A stretch of 64,000 bases of DNA, from the NCBI GenBank assembly GCA_964016885.1, contig OZ024741.1:289788001-289852000 (forward strand). The letters are read 5' to 3'. This document shows, in pieces, positions 1-15,000 of the stretch (the stretch's first letter is position 1; every line of letters begins with the position of its first letter). A program made the translations under genes and the position numbers. Source of the stretch: Eledone cirrhosa (taxonomy: Eukaryota). Below the pieces are notes generated by a model. The model was not told the DNA's origin. It saw only the letters and a program-made list of their open reading frames with translations, and ran no database searches.

Positions 1-3000
1 ATTGTTGTTACTAGTGTTGTTATTGTTGTTACTAGTGTTGTTATTGTTGTTGCTAGTGTTGTTATTGTTGTTACTAGTATTTTTATTGTTGTTACTTGTG
101 TTGTTATTGTTGTTACTAGTGTTGTTATTGTTGTTACTAGTGCTGTTATTGTTGTTACTAGTGTTGTTATTGTTGTTGCTAGTGTTGTTATTGTTGTCAC
201 TGGTGTTGTTATTGTTGTTACTAGTGTTGTTATTGTTGTTGCTAGTGTTGTTATTGTTGTCACTAGTGTTGTTATTGTTGTTGCTAGTGTTGTTATTGTT
301 GTTACTAGTGTTGTTATTGTTGTTACTGGTGTTGTTATTGTTGTTACTAGTGTTGTTATTGTTGTCACTGGTGTTGTTATTGTTGTTACTAGTGTTGTTA
401 TTGTTGTTGCTAGTGTTGTTATTGTTGTCACTAGTGTTGTTATTGTTGTTGCTAGTGTTGTTATTGTTGTTACTAGTGTTGTTATTGTTGTTACTGGTGT
501 TGTTATTGTTGTCACTAGTGTTGTTATTGTTGTTGCTAGTGTTGTTATTATTGTTGCTAGTGTTGTTATTGTTGTTGCTAGTGTTGTTATTGTTGTTACT
601 GGTGTTGTTATTGTTGTTACTAGTGTTGTTATTGTTGTTGCTACTGTTGTTATTGTTGTTACTAGTGTTGTTATTGTTGTTACTGGTGTTGTTATTGCTG
701 TTAATAGTGTTGTTATTGTTGTTACTCGTGTTGTTATTGTTGTTACTGGTGTTGTTATTGTTGTCACTAGTGTTGTTATTGTTGTTGCTAGTGTTGTTAT
801 TGTTGTTGCTAGTGTTGTTATTGTTGTTGCTAGTGTTGTTACTGTTGTTACTGGTGTTGTTTTTGTTGTTACTAGTGTTGTTATTGTTGTTGTTAGTGTT
901 GTTATTGTCGTTGTTAGTGTTGTTATTGTTGTTACTGGTGTTGTTATTGTTGTTACTAGTGTTGTTATTGTTGTTACTAGTGTTGTTATTGTTGTTACTA
1001 GTGTTGTTATTGTTGTTACTAGTGTTGTTATTGTTGTTACTAGCGTTTTTATTGTTGTTACTAGTGTTGTTATTGTTGTTACTTATGTTGTTATTGTTGT
1101 CACTAGTGTTGTTATTGTTGTTACTTATGTTGTTATTGTTGTCACTAGTGTTGTTATTGTTGTTGCTAGTGTTGTTATTGTTGTTACTAGTGTTGTTATT
1201 GTTGTTGCTAGTGTTGTTATTGTTGTTGTTAGTGTTGTTATTGTTGGTACTAGTGTTGTTATTGTTGTTACTAGTGTTGTTATTGTTGTTACTGATGTTG
1301 TTATTGTTGTTACTAGTGTTGTTATTGTTGTTGCTAGTGTTGTTATTGTTGTTGCTAGTGTTGTTATTGTTGTTAATGGTGTTGTTATTGTTGTTACTAG
1401 TGTTGTTATTGTTGTTGCTAGTTTTGTTATTGTTGTTACTAGTGTTGTTATTGTTGTTACTGGTGTTGTTATTGTTGTTACTAGTGTTGTTATTGTTGTT
1501 GCTAGTTTTGTTATTGTTGTTACTAGTGTTGTTATTGTTGTTACTGGTGTTGTTATTGTTGTTACTAGTGTTGTTATTGTTGTTACTAGTGTTGTTATTG
1601 TTGGTACTAGTGTTGTTATTGTTGTCACTAGTGTTGTTATTGTTGTTGCTAGTTTTGTTATTGTTGTTACTAGTGTTGTTATTGTTGTTACTGGTGTTGT
1701 TATTGTTGTTACTAGTGTTGTTATTGTTGTTGTTAGTGTTGTTATTGTTGTTACTAGTGTTGTTATTGCTGTTACTGGTGTTGTTATTGTTGTTACTAGT
1801 GTTGTTATTGTTGTTACTGGTGTTGTTATTGTTGTTACTAGTGTTGTTATTGTTGTTACTAGTGTTGTTATTGTTGGTACTAGTGTTGTTATTGTTGTCA
1901 CTAGTGTTGTTATTGTTGTTGCTAGTTTTGTTATTGTTGTTACTAGTGTTGTTATTGTTGTTACTGGTGTTGTTATTGTTGTTACTAGTGTTGTTATTGT
2001 TGTTGTTAGTGTTGTTATTGTTGTTACTAGTGTTGTTATTGCTGTTACTGGTGTTGTTATTGTTGTTACTAGTGTTGTTATTGTTGTTACTGGTGTTGTT
2101 ATTGTTGTTACTAGTGTTGTTATTGTTGTTACTAGTGTTGTTATTGTTGTTACTAGTGTTGTTATTGTTGTCACTAGTGTTGTTATTGTTGTTACTGGTG
2201 TTGTTATTGTTGTTACTACTGTTGTTATTGTGTTTACTAGTGTTGTTATTGTTGTTACTAGTGTTGTTATTGTTGTTACTAGTGTTGTTATTGTTGTCAC
2301 TAGTGTTGTTATTGGTGTCACTGGTGTTGTTATTGTTGTTACTAGTGTTGTTATTGTTGTTACTACTGTTGTTATTGTGTTTACTAGTGTTGTTATTGTT
2401 GTTACTGGTGTTGTTATTGTTGTTACTAGTGTTGTTATTGTTGTCACTAGTGTTGTTATTGGTGTCACTGGTGTTGTTATTGTTGTTACTAGTGTTGTTA
2501 TTGTTGTTACTACTGTTGTTATTGTGTTTACTAGTGTTGTTATTGTTGTTACTGGTGTTGTTATTGTTGTTGCTTGTGTTGTTATTGTTGTTACTAGTGT
2601 TGTTATTGTTGTTACTGGTGTTGTTATTGTTGTTACTAGTGTTGTTATTGTTGTTGCTAGTGTTGTTATTGTTGTTACTTGTGTAGTTATTGTTGATGCT
2701 AGTGTTGTTATTGTTGTTACTGGTGTTTTTATTGTTGTTACTAGTGTTGTTATTGTTGTTACTAGTGTTGTTATTGTTGTTACTTGTGTTGTTATTGTTT
2801 TTACTTGTGTTGTTATTGTTGTTGCTAGTGTTGTTATTGTTGTTACTTGTGTAGTTATTGTTGTTGCTAGTGTTGTTATTGTTGTTGCTAGTGTTGTTAT
2901 TGTTGTTACTAGTGTTGTTATTGTTGTTGTTAGTGTTGTTATTGTTGGTACTAGTGTTGTTATTGTTGTCACTAGTGTTGTTATTGTTGTTACCAGTGTT

Positions 3001-6000
3001 GTTATTGTTGTTACTAGTGTTGTTATTGTTGTTGTTAGTGTTGTTATTGTTGTTACTGGTGTTGTTATTGTTGTTACTAGTGTTGTTATTGTTGTTACTG
3101 GTGTTGTTATTGTTGTTACTAGTGTTGTTATTGTTGTTGCTAGTGTTGTTATTGTTGTTGCTAGTGTTGTTATTGTTGTTGCTAGTGTTGTTACTGTTGT
3201 TACTGGTGTTGTTTTTGTTGTTACTAGTGTTGTTATTGTTGTTGTTAGTGTTGTTATTGTCGTTGTTAGTGTTGTTATTGTTGTTACTGGTGTTGTTATT
3301 GTTGTTACTAGTGTTGTTATTGTTGTTACTAGTGTTGTTATTGTTGTTACTAGTGTTGTTATTGTTGTTACTAGTGTTGTTATTGTTGTTACTAGCGTTT
3401 TTATTGTTGTTACTAGTGTTGTTATTGTTGTTACTTATGTTGTTATTGTTGTCACTAGTGTTGTTATTGTTGTCACTAGTGTTGTTATTGTTGTTGCTAG
3501 TGTTGTTATTGTTGTTACTAGTGTTGTTATTGTTGTTGCTAGTGTTGTTATTGTTGTTGTTAGTGTTGTTATTGTTGGTACTAGTGTTGTTATTGTTGTT
3601 ACTAGTGTTGTTATTGTTGTTACTGATGTTGTTATTGTTGTTACTAGTGTTGTTATTGTTGTTGCTAGTGTTGTTATTGTTGTTGCTAGTGTTGTTATTG
3701 TTGTTAATGGTGTTGTTATTGTTGTTACTAGTGTTGTTATTGTTGTTGCTAGTTTTGTTATTGTTGTTACTAGTGTTGTTATTGTTGTTACTGGTGTTGT
3801 TATTGTTGTTACTAGTGTTGTTATTGTTGTTGCTAGTTTTGTTATTGTTGTTACTAGTGTTGTTATTGTTGTTACTGGTGTTGTTATTGTTGTTACTAGT
3901 GTTGTTATTGTTGTTACTAGTGTTGTTATTGTTGGTACTAGTGTTGTTATTGTTGTCACTAGTGTTGTTATTGTTGTTGCTAGTTTTGTTATTGTTGTTA
4001 CTAGTGTTGTTATTGTTGTTACTGGTGTTGTTATTGTTGTTACTAGTGTTGTTATTGTTGTTGTTAGTGTTGTTATTGTTGTTACTAGTGTTGTTATTGC
4101 TGTTACTGGTGTTGTTATTGTTGTTACTAGTGTTGTTATTGTTGTTACTGGTGTTGTTATTGTTGTTACTAGTGTTGTTATTGTTGTTACTAGTGTTGTT
4201 ATTGTTGGTACTAGTGTTGTTATTGTTGTCACTAGTGTTGTTATTGTTGTTGCTAGTTTTGTTATTGTTGTTACTAGTGTTGTTATTGTTGTTACTGGTG
4301 TTGTTATTGTTGTTACTAGTGTTGTTATTGTTGTTGTTAGTGTTGTTATTGTTGTTACTAGTGTTGTTATTGCTGTTACTGGTGTTGTTATTGTTGTTAC
4401 TAGTGTTGTTATTGTTGTTACTGGTGTTGTTATTGTTGTTACTAGTGTTGTTATTGTTGTTACTAGTGTTGTTATTGTTGTTACTGGTGTTTTTATTGTT
4501 GTTACTAGTGTTGTTATTGTTGTTACTAGTGTTGTTATTGTTGTTACTTGTGTTGTTATTGTTTTTACTTGTGTTGTTATTGTTGTTGCTAGTGTTGTTA
4601 TTGTTGTTACTTGTGTAGTTATTGTTGTTGCTAGTGTTGTTATTGTTGTTGCTAGTGTTGTTATTGTTGTTACTAGTGTTGTTATTGTTGTTGTTAGTGT
4701 TGTTATTGTTGGTACTAGTGTTGTTATTGTTGTCACTAGTGTTGTTATTGTTGTTACCAGTGTTGTTATTGTTGTTACTAGTGTTGTTATTGTTGTTGTT
4801 AGTGTTGTTATTGTTGTTACTGGTGTTGTTATTGTTGTTACTAGTGTTGTTATTGTTGTTACTGGTGTTGTTATTGTTGTTACTAGTGTTGTTATTGTTG
4901 TTGCTAGTGTTGTTATTGTTGTTGCTAGTGTTGTTATTGTTGTTGCTAGTGTTGTTACTGTTGTTACTGGTGTTGTTTTTGTTGTTACTAGTGTTGTTAT
5001 TGTTGTTGTTAGTGTTGTTATTGTCGTTGTTAGTGTTGTTATTGTTGTTACTGGTGTTGTTATTGTTGTTACTAGTGTTGTTATTGTTGTTACTAGTGTT
5101 GTTATTGTTGTTACTAGTGTTGTTATTGTTGTTACTAGTGTTGTTATTGTTGTTACTAGCGTTTTTATTGTTGTTACTAGTGTTGTTATTGTTGTTACTT
5201 ATGTTGTTATTGTTGTCACTAGTGTTGTTATTGTTGTCACTAGTGTTGTTATTGTTGTTGCTAGTGTTGTTATTGTTGTTACTAGTGTTGTTATTGTTGT
5301 TGCTAGTGTTGTTATTGTTGTTGTTAGTGTTGTTATTGTTGGTACTAGTGTTGTTATTGTTGTTACTAGTGTTGTTATTGTTGTTACTGATGTTGTTATT
5401 GTTGTTACTAGTGTTGTTATTGTTGTTGCTAGTGTTGTTATTGTTGTTGCTAGTGTTGTTATTGTTGTTAATGGTGTTGTTATTGTTGTTACTAGTGTTG
5501 TTATTGTTGTTGCTAGTTTTGTTATTGTTGTTACTAGTGTTGTTATTGTTGTTACTGGTGTTGTTATTGTTGTTACTAGTGTTGTTATTGTTGTTGCTAG
5601 TTTTGTTATTGTTGTTACTAGTGTTGTTATTGTTGTTACTGGTGTTGTTATTGTTGTTACTAGTGTTGTTATTGTTGTTACTAGTGTTGTTATTGTTGGT
5701 ACTAGTGTTGTTATTGTTGTCACTAGTGTTGTTATTGTTGTTGCTAGTTTTGTTATTGTTGTTACTAGTGTTGTTATTGTTGTTACTGGTGTTGTTATTG
5801 TTGTTACTAGTGTTGTTATTGTTGTTGTTAGTGTTGTTATTGTTGTTACTAGTGTTGTTATTGCTGTTACTGGTGTTGTTATTGTTGTTACTAGTGTTGT
5901 TATTGTTGTTACTGGTGTTGTTATTGTTGTTACTAGTGTTGTTATTGTTGTTACTAGTGTTGTTATTGTTGGTACTAGTGTTGTTATTGTTGTCACTAGT

Positions 6001-9000
6001 GTTGTTATTGTTGTTGCTAGTTTTGTTATTGTTGTTACTAGTGTTGTTATTGTTGTTACTGGTGTTGTTATTGTTGTTACTAGTGTTGTTATTGTTGTTG
6101 TTAGTGTTGTTATTGTTGTTACTAGTGTTGTTATTGCTGTTACTGGTGTTGTTATTGTTGTTACTAGTGTTGTTATTGTTGTTACTGGTGTTGTTATTGT
6201 TGTTACTAGTGTTGTTATTGTTGTTACTAGTGTTGTTATTGTTGTTACTAGTGTTGTTATTGTTGTCACTAGTGTTGTTATTGTTGTTACTGGTGTTGTT
6301 ATTGTTGTTACTACTGTTGTTATTGTGTTTACTAGTGTTGTTATTGTTGTTACTAGTGTTGTTATTGTTGTTACTAGTGTTGTTATTGTTGTCACTAGTG
6401 TTGTTATTGGTGTCACTGGTGTTGTTATTGTTGTTACTAGTGTTGTTATTGTTGTTACTACTGTTGTTATTGTGTTTACTAGTGTTGTTATTGTTGTTAC
6501 TGGTGTTGTTATTGTTGTTACTAGTGTTGTTATTGTTGTCACTAGTGTTGTTATTGGTGTCACTGGTGTTGTTATTGTTGTTACTAGTGTTGTTATTGTT
6601 GTTACTACTGTTGTTATTGTGTTTACTAGTGTTGTTATTGTTGTTACTGGTGTTGTTATTGTTGTTGCTTGTGTTGTTATTGTTGTTACTAGTGTTGTTA
6701 TTGTTGTTACTGGTGTTGTTATTGTTGTTACTAGTGTTGTTATTGTTGTTGCTAGTGTTGTTATTGTTGTTACTTGTGTAGTTATTGTTGTTGCTAGTGT
6801 TGTTATTGTTGTTACTGGTGTTGTTATTGTTGTTACTAGTGTTGTTATTGTTGTTACTAGTGTTGTTATTGTTGTTACTTGTGTTGTTATTGTTTTTACT
6901 TGTGTTGTTATTGTTGTTGCTAGTGTTGTTATTGTTGTTACTTGTGTAGTTATTGTTGTTGCTAGTGTTGTTATTGTTGTTGCTAGTGTTGTTATTGTTG
7001 TTACTAGTGTTGTTATTGTTGTTACTAGTGTTGTTATTGTTGTTGCTAGTGTTGTTATTGTTGTTACTAGTGTTGTTATTCTCGTTACTAGGGTTGTTAT
7101 TGTTGTTGTTAGTGTTGTTATTGTTGTCACTAGTGTTGTTACTGTTGTTACTAGTGTTGTTATTGTTGTTACTAGTGTTGTTATTGTTGTTGCTAGTGTT
7201 GTTATTGTTGTTGCTAGTGTTGTTGTTGTTGTTAATGTTGTTATTGTTGTTGTTAGTGTTGTTATTGTTGTTACTAGTGTTGTTATTGTTGTTACTAGTG
7301 TTGTTATTGTTGTTGCTAGTGTTTTTATTGTTGTTACTAGTGTTGTTATTGTTGTTACTAGTGTTGTTATTGTTGTTGTTAGTGTTGTTATTGTTGTTAC
7401 TAGTGTTGTTATTGTTGTTGCTAGTGTTGTTATTGTTGTTACTAGTGTTGTTATTGTTGTTGTTAGTGTTGTTATTGTTGTTAATTGTGTTGTTATTGTT
7501 GTTGCTAGTGTTGTTATTGTTGTTACTTGTGTTGTTATTGTTGTTACTAGTGTTGTTATTGTTGTTACTAGTGCTGTTATTGTTGTTACTAGTGTTGTTA
7601 TTGTTGTTGCTAGTGTTTTTATTGTTGTTACTAGTGTTGTTATTGTTGTTACTAGTGTTGTTATTGTTGTTGTTAGTGTTGTTATTGTTGTTACTAGTGT
7701 TGTTATTGTTGTTGCTAGTGTTGTTATTGTTGTTACTAGTGTTGTTATTGTTGTTGCTAGTGTTGTTATTGTTGTTACTTGTGTTGATATTGTTGTTGCT
7801 AGTGTTGTTATTGTTGTTACTTGTGTTGTTATTGTTGTTACTAGTGTTGTTATTGTTGTTACTAGTGCTGTTATTGTTGTTACTAGTGTTGTTATTGTTG
7901 TTGCTAGTGTTGTTATTGTTGTTACTAGTGTTGTTATTGTTGTTGCTAGTGTTGTTATTGTTGTTACTAGTGTTGTTATTGTTGTTACTGCTGTTGTTAT
8001 TGTTGTCACTAGTGTTGTTATTGTTGTTGATAGTGTTGTTATTGTTGTTGCTAGTGTTGTTATTGTTGTTGCTAGTGTTGTTATTGTTGTTACTGGTGTT
8101 GTTATTGTTGTTACTAGTGTTGTTATTGTTGTTGTTAGTGTTGTTATTGTTGTTGCTAGTGTTGTTATTGTTGTTACTAGTGTTATTATTGTTGTTACTG
8201 GTGTTGTTATTGTTGTTACTAGTGTTGTTATTGTTGTTGTTAGTCTTGTTATTGTTGTTGCTAGTGTTGTTATTGTTGTTACTAGTGTTGTTATTGTTGT
8301 TACTGATGTTGTTATTGTTGTTACTAGTGTTGTTATTGTTGTTACTGGTGTTGTTATTGTTGTTACTAGTGTTGTTATTGTTGTTACTAGTGTTGTTATT
8401 GTTGTTACAAGTGTTGTTATTGTTGTTGCTAGTGTTGTTATTGTTGTTACTAGTGTTGTTATTGTTGTTGTTGTTAGTGTTGTTATTGTTGGTACTAGTG
8501 TTGTTATTGTTGTCACTAGTGTTGTTATTGTTGTTACTAGTGTTGTTATTGTTGTTACAAGTGTTGTTATTGTTGTTGTTAGTGTTGTTATTGTTGTTAC
8601 TAGTGTTGTTATTGTTGGTACTAGTGTTGTTATTGTTGTCACTAGTGTTGTTATTGTTGGTACTAGTGTTGTTATTGTTGTCACTAGTGTTGTTATTGTT
8701 GTTACTGGTGTTGTTATTGTTGTTACTAGTGTTGTTATTGTTGTCACTAGTGCTGTTATTGTTGTCACTAGTGTTGTTATTGTTGTTACTAGTGTTGTTA
8801 TTGTTGTTACTAGTGTTGTTATTGTTGTTGCTAGTGTTGTTATTGTTGTTACTAGTATTTTTATTGTTGTTACTTGTGTTGTTATTGTTGTTACTAGTGT
8901 TGTTATTGTTGTTACTAGTGCTGTTATTGTTGTTACTAGTGTTGTTATTGTTGTTGCTAGTGTTGTTATTGTTGTTACTGGTGTTGTTATTGTTGTTACT

Positions 9001-12000
9001 AGTGTTGTTATTGTTGTCACTGGTGTTGTTATTGTTGTTACTAGTGTTGTTATTGTTGTTGCTAGTGTTGTTATTGTTGTCACTAGTGTTGTTATTGTCG
9101 TTGCTAGTGTTGTTATTGTTGTTACTAGTGTTGTTATTGTTGTTACTGGTGTTGTTATTGTTGTCACTAGTGTTGTTATTGTTGTTGCTAGTGTTGTTAT
9201 TATTGTTGCTAGTGTTGTTGTTGTTGTTGCTAGTGTTGTTATTGTTGTTACTGGTGTTGTTATTGTTGTTACTAGTGTTGTTATTGTTGTTGCTACTGTT
9301 GTTATTGTTGTTACTAGTGTTGTTATTGTTGTTACTGGTGTTGTTATTGCTGTTAATAGTGTTGTTATTGTTGTTACTCGTGTTGTTATTGTTGTTACTG
9401 GTGTTGTTATTGTTGTCACTAGTGTTGTTATTGTTGTTGCTAGTGTTGTTATTGTTGTTGCTAGTGTTGTTATTGTTGTTGCTAGTGTTGTTACTGTTGT
9501 TACTGGTGTTGTTTTTGTTGTTACTAGTGTTGTTATTGTTGTTGTTAGTGTTGTTATTGTCGTTGTTAGTGTTGTTATTGTTGTTACTGGTGTTGTTATT
9601 GTTGTTCCTAGTGTTGTTATTGTTGTTACTAGTGTTGTTATTGTTGTTACTAGTGTTGATATTGTTGTTACTAGTGTTGTTATTGTTGTTACTAGTGTTG
9701 TTATTGTTGTTACTAGCGTTTTTATTGTTGTTACTAGTGTTGTTATTGTTGTTACTTATGTTGTTATTGTTGTTACTAGTGTTGTTATTGTTGTTACTTA
9801 TGTTGTTATTGTTGTCACTAGTGTTGTTATTGTTGTTGCTAGTGTTGTTATTGTTGTTACTAGTGTTGTTATTGTTGTTGCTAGTGTTGTTTTTGTTGTT
9901 ACTAGTGTTGTTATTGTTGTTACTTGTGTTGTTATTGTTGTTACTAGTGTTGTTATTGGTGTCACTGGTGTTGTTATTGTTGTTACTAGTGTTGTTATTG
10001 TTGTTACTAGTGTTGTTATTGTTGTTGCTAGTGTTGTTATTGTTGTTGTTAGTGTTGTTATTGTTAGTGTTGTTAGTGTTGTTACTAGTGTTGTTATTGT
10101 TGTTACTGGTGTTCTTATTGTTGTTACTAGTGTTGTTATTCTTGTTACTAGTGTTGTTATTGTTGTTGTTAGTGTTGTTATTGTTGTTACTAGTGTTGTT
10201 ATTGTTGTTGTTAGTGTTGTTATTGTTGTTACTAGTGTTGTTATTGTTGTCACTAGTGTTGTTATTGTTGTTACTACTGTTGTTATTGTTGTTACTAGTG
10301 TTGTTATTGTTGTTGCTAGTGTTTTTAATGTTGTTACTAGTGTTGTTATTGTTGTTGATAGTGTTGTTATTGTTGTTGCTAGTGTTGTTATTGTTGTTAC
10401 TAGTGTTGTTATTGTTGTTGTTAGTGTTGTTGTTAGTGTTGTTATTGTTGTTACTAGTGTTGTTATTGTTGTTGCTAGTGTTTTTAATGTTGTTACTAGT
10501 GTTGTTATTGTTGTTGATAGTGTTGTTATTGTTGTCACTAGTGTTGTTATTGTTGGTACTAGTGTTGTTATTGTTGTTACAAGTGTTGTTATTGTTGTTG
10601 TTAGTGTTGTTATTGTTGTTACTAGTGTTGTTATTGTTGGTACTAGTGTTGTTATTGTTGTTGTTAGTGTTGTTATTGTTGTTACTAGTGTTGTTATTGT
10701 TGGTACTAGTGTTGTTATTGTTGTCACTAGTGTTGTTATTGTTGGTACTAGTGTTGTTATTGTTGTCACTAGTGTTGTTATTGTTGTTACTGGTGTTGTT
10801 ATTGTTGTTACTAGTGTTGTTATTGTTGTCACTAGTGCTGTTATTGTTGTCACTAGTGTTGTTATTGTTGTTACTAGTGTTGTTATTGTTGTTACTAGTG
10901 TTGTTATTGTTGTTGCTAGTGTTGTTATTGTTGTTACTAGTATTTTTATTGTTGTTACTTGTGTTGTTATTGTTGTTACTAGTGTTGTTATTGTTTTACT
11001 AGTGCTGTTATTGTTGTTACTAGTGTTGTTATTGTTGTTGCTAGTGTTGTTATTGTTGTTACTGGTGATGTTATTGTTGTTACTAGTGTTGTTATTGTTG
11101 TCACTGGTGTTGTTATTGTTGTTACTAGTGTTGTTATTGTTGTTGCTAGTGTTGTTATTGTTGTCACTAGTGTTGTTATTGTTGTTGCTAGTGTTGTTAT
11201 TGTTGTTACTAGTGTTGTTATTGTTGTTACTGGTGTTGTTATTGTTGTCACTAGTGTTGTTATTGTTGTTGCTAGTGTTGTTATTATTGTTGCTAGTGTT
11301 GTTATTGTTGTTGCTAGTGTTGTTATTGTTGTTACTGGTGTTGTTATTGTTGTTACTAGTGTTGTTATTGTTGTCGCTACTGTTGTTATTGTTGTTACTA
11401 GTGTTGTTATTGTTGTTACTGGTGTTGTTATTGCTGTTACTAGTGTTGTTATTGTTGTTACTCGTGTTGTTATTGTTGTTACTGGTGTTGTTATTGTTGT
11501 CACTAGTGTTGTTATTGTTGTTGCTAGTGTTGTTATTGTTGTTGCTAGTGTTGTTATTGTTGTTGCTAGTGTTGTTACTGTTGTTACTGGTGTTGTTTTT
11601 GTTGTTACTAGTGTTGTTATTGTTGTTACTAGTGTTGTTATTGTTGTTACTAGTGTTGTTATTGTTGTCACTAGTGTTGTTATTGTTGTTACTAGTGTTG
11701 TTATTGTTATTACTAGTGTTGTTATTGTTGTTACTAGCGTTTTTATTGTTGTTACTAGTGTTGTTATTGTTGTTACTTATGTTGTTATTGTTGTTACTAG
11801 TGTTGTTATTGTTGTTACTTATGTTGTTATTGTTGTCACTAGTGTTGTTTTTGTTGTTACTAGTGTTGTTATTGTTGTTACTTGTGTTGTTATTGTTGTT
11901 ACTAGTGTTGTTATTGGTGTCACTGGTGTTGTTATTGTTGTTACTAGTGTTGTTATTGTTGTTACTAGTGTTGTTATTGTTGTTGCTAGTGTTGTTATTG

Positions 12001-15000
12001 TCGTTGTTAGTGTTGTTATTGTTGTTACTGGTGTTGTTATTGTTGTTACTAGTGTTGTTATTGTTGTTACTAGTGTTGTTATTGTTGTTACTAGTGTTGT
12101 TATTGTTGTTACTAGTGTTGTTATTGTTGTTACTAGCGTTTTTATTGTTGTTACTAGTGTTGTTATTGTTGTTACTTATGTTGTTATTGTTGTTACTAGT
12201 GTTGTTATTGTTGTTACTTATGTTGTTATTGTTGTCACTAGTGTTGTTTTTGTTGTTACTAGTGTTGTTATTGTTGTTACTTGTGTTGTTATTGTTGTTA
12301 CTAGTGTTGTTATTGGTGTCACTGGTGTTGTTATTGTTGTTACTAGTGTTGTTATTGTTGTTACTAGTGTTGTTATTGTTGTTGCTAGTGTTGTTATTGT
12401 TGTTGTTAGTGTTGTTATTGTTAGTGTTGTTAGTGTTGTTACTAGTGTTGTTATTGTTGTTACTGGTGTTCTTATTGTTGTTACTAGTGTGGTTATTCTT
12501 GTTACTAGTGTTGTTATTGTTGTTGTTAGTGTTGTTATTGTTGTTACTAGTGTTGTTATTGTTGTTGTTAGTGTTGTTATTGTTGTTACTAGTGTTGTCA
12601 CTAGTGTTGTTATTGTTGTTACTACTGTTGTTATTGTTGTTACTAGTGTTGTTATTGTTGTTGCTAGTGTTTTTAATGTTGTTACTAGTGTTGTTATTGT
12701 TGTTGTTAGTGTTGTTATTGTTGTTGTTAGTGTTGTTATTGTTGTTACTAGTATTGTTATTGTTGTTACTTGTGTTGTTATTGTTGTCACTGGTGTTGTT
12801 ATTGTTGTTGCTAGTGTTGTTATTGTTGTTACTAGTGTTGTTATTGTTGTTACTTGTGTTGTTATTGTTGTCACTGGTGTTGTTATTGTTGTTGCTAGTG
12901 TTGTTATTGTTGTTACTAGTGTTGTTATTGTTGTTACTTGTGTTGTTATTGTTGTCACTGGTGTTGTTATTGTTGTTACTAGTATTGTTATTGTTGTTAC
13001 TAGTGTTGTTATTGTTGTTACTTGTGTTGTTATTGTTGTTGCTAGTGTTGTTATTGTTGTTACTTGTGTTGTTATTGTTGTCACTGGTGTTGTTATTGTT
13101 GTTACTTGTGTTGTTATTGTTGCCACTGGTGTTGTTATTGTTGTTACTTGTGTTGTTATTGTTTTTACTAGTGTTGTTATTGTTGTTGCTAGTGTTGTTA
13201 TTGTTGTTACTAGTGTTGTTATTGTTGTTGTTAGTGTTGTTATTGTTGGTACTAGTGTTGTTATTGTTGGTACTAGTGTTGTTATTGTTGTTACTACTGT
13301 TGTTATTGTTGTTGCTAGTGTTGTTATTGTTGTTGCTAGTGTTGTTATTGTTGTTGCTAGTGTTGTTATTGTTGTTGCTAGTGTTGTTATTGTTGTTACT
13401 AGTGTTATTGTTGTTGTTAGTGTTGTTATTGTTGTTGTTAGTGTTGTTATTGTTGTTACTAGTGTTGTTATTGTTGTTACTGGTGTTGTTATTGTTGTTA
13501 CTAGTGTTGTTATTGTTGTTACTAGTGTTGTTATGGTTGGCACTAGTGTTGTTATTGTTGGCACTAGTGTTGTTATTGTTGTCACTAGTGTTGTTATCGT
13601 TGTTACTATTGTTGTTACTGTTGTTGCTAGTGTTGTTATTGTTGTTACTAGTGTTGTTATTGTTGTTACTAGTGTTGTTATTGTTGTTACTAGTGTTGTT
13701 ATTGTTGGCACTAGTGTTGTTATTGTTGTTACTAGTGTTGTTATTGTTGTTACTAGTGTTGATATTGTTGTTACTAGTGTTGTTATTGTTGGCACTAGTG
13801 TTGTTATTGTTGTTACTAGTGTTGTTATTGTTGTTACTAGTGTTGTTATTGTTGTTACTAGTGTTGTTATTGTTGTTACTGGTGTTGTTATTGTTGTTAC
13901 CAGTGTTGTTATTGGTGTTGTTATTGTTGTTACTAGTGTTGTTATTGTTGTCACTGGTGTTGTTATTGGTGTTGCTAGTGTTGTTATTGTTGTCACTGGT
14001 GTTGTTATTGGTGTTGCTAGTGTTGTTATTGGTGTTGCTAGTGTTGTTATTGTTGTCACTAGTGTTGTTATTGTTGTCACTAGTGTTGTTATTGGTGTTG
14101 CTAGTGTTGTTATTGTTGTCACTGGTGTTGTTATTGTTGTTACTAGTTTTGTTATTGTTGTCACTGGTGTTGTTATTGGTGTTGCTAGTGTTGTTATTGT
14201 TGTTACTAGTGTTGTTATTGTTGTAACTGGTGTTGTTATAGTTGTAACTGGTGTTGTTATTGGTGTTGCTAGTGTTGTTATTGTTGTTACTAGTGTTGTT
14301 ATTGTTGTTGTTAGTGTTGTTATTGTTGTCACTAGTGTTGTTATTGTTGTTGCTAATATTGTTATTGTTGTTGTTAGTGTTGTTATTGTTGTTACTAGTG
14401 TTGTTATTGGTGTTACTGGTGTTGTTATTGTTGTTACTAGTGTTGTTATTGTTGTTACTAGTGTTGTTATTGTTGTTACTAGTGTTGTTATTGTTGTTAC
14501 TAGTGTTGTTATTGTTGTTGTTAGTGTTGTTATTGTTGTTACTAGTGTTGTTATTGTTGTTGCTAATGTTGTTATTGTTGTTGTTAGTGTTGTTATTGTT
14601 GTTACTAGTGTTGTTATTGTTGTTACTAATGTTGTTATTGTTGTTACTAGTGTTGTTATTGTTGGTACTAGTGTTGTTATTGTTGTTGCTAGTGTTGTTA
14701 TTGTTGTTACTAGTGTTGTTATTGTTGTCACTAGTGTTGTTATTGTTGTCACTAGTGTTGTTATTGTTGTTGCAAGTGTTGTTATTGTTGTTGCTAGTGT
14801 TGTTATTGTTGCTGTTAGTGTTGTTATTGTTGTCACTAGTGTTGTTATTGTTGTCACTTGTGTTGTTATTGTTGTTGCTTGTATTGTTATTGTTCTTGCT
14901 AGTGTTGTTATTGTTGTTACTAGTGTTGTTATTGTTGTTGCTAGTGTTGTTATTGTTGTTGCTAGTGTTGTTATTGTTGTCACTAGTGTTGTTATTGTTG

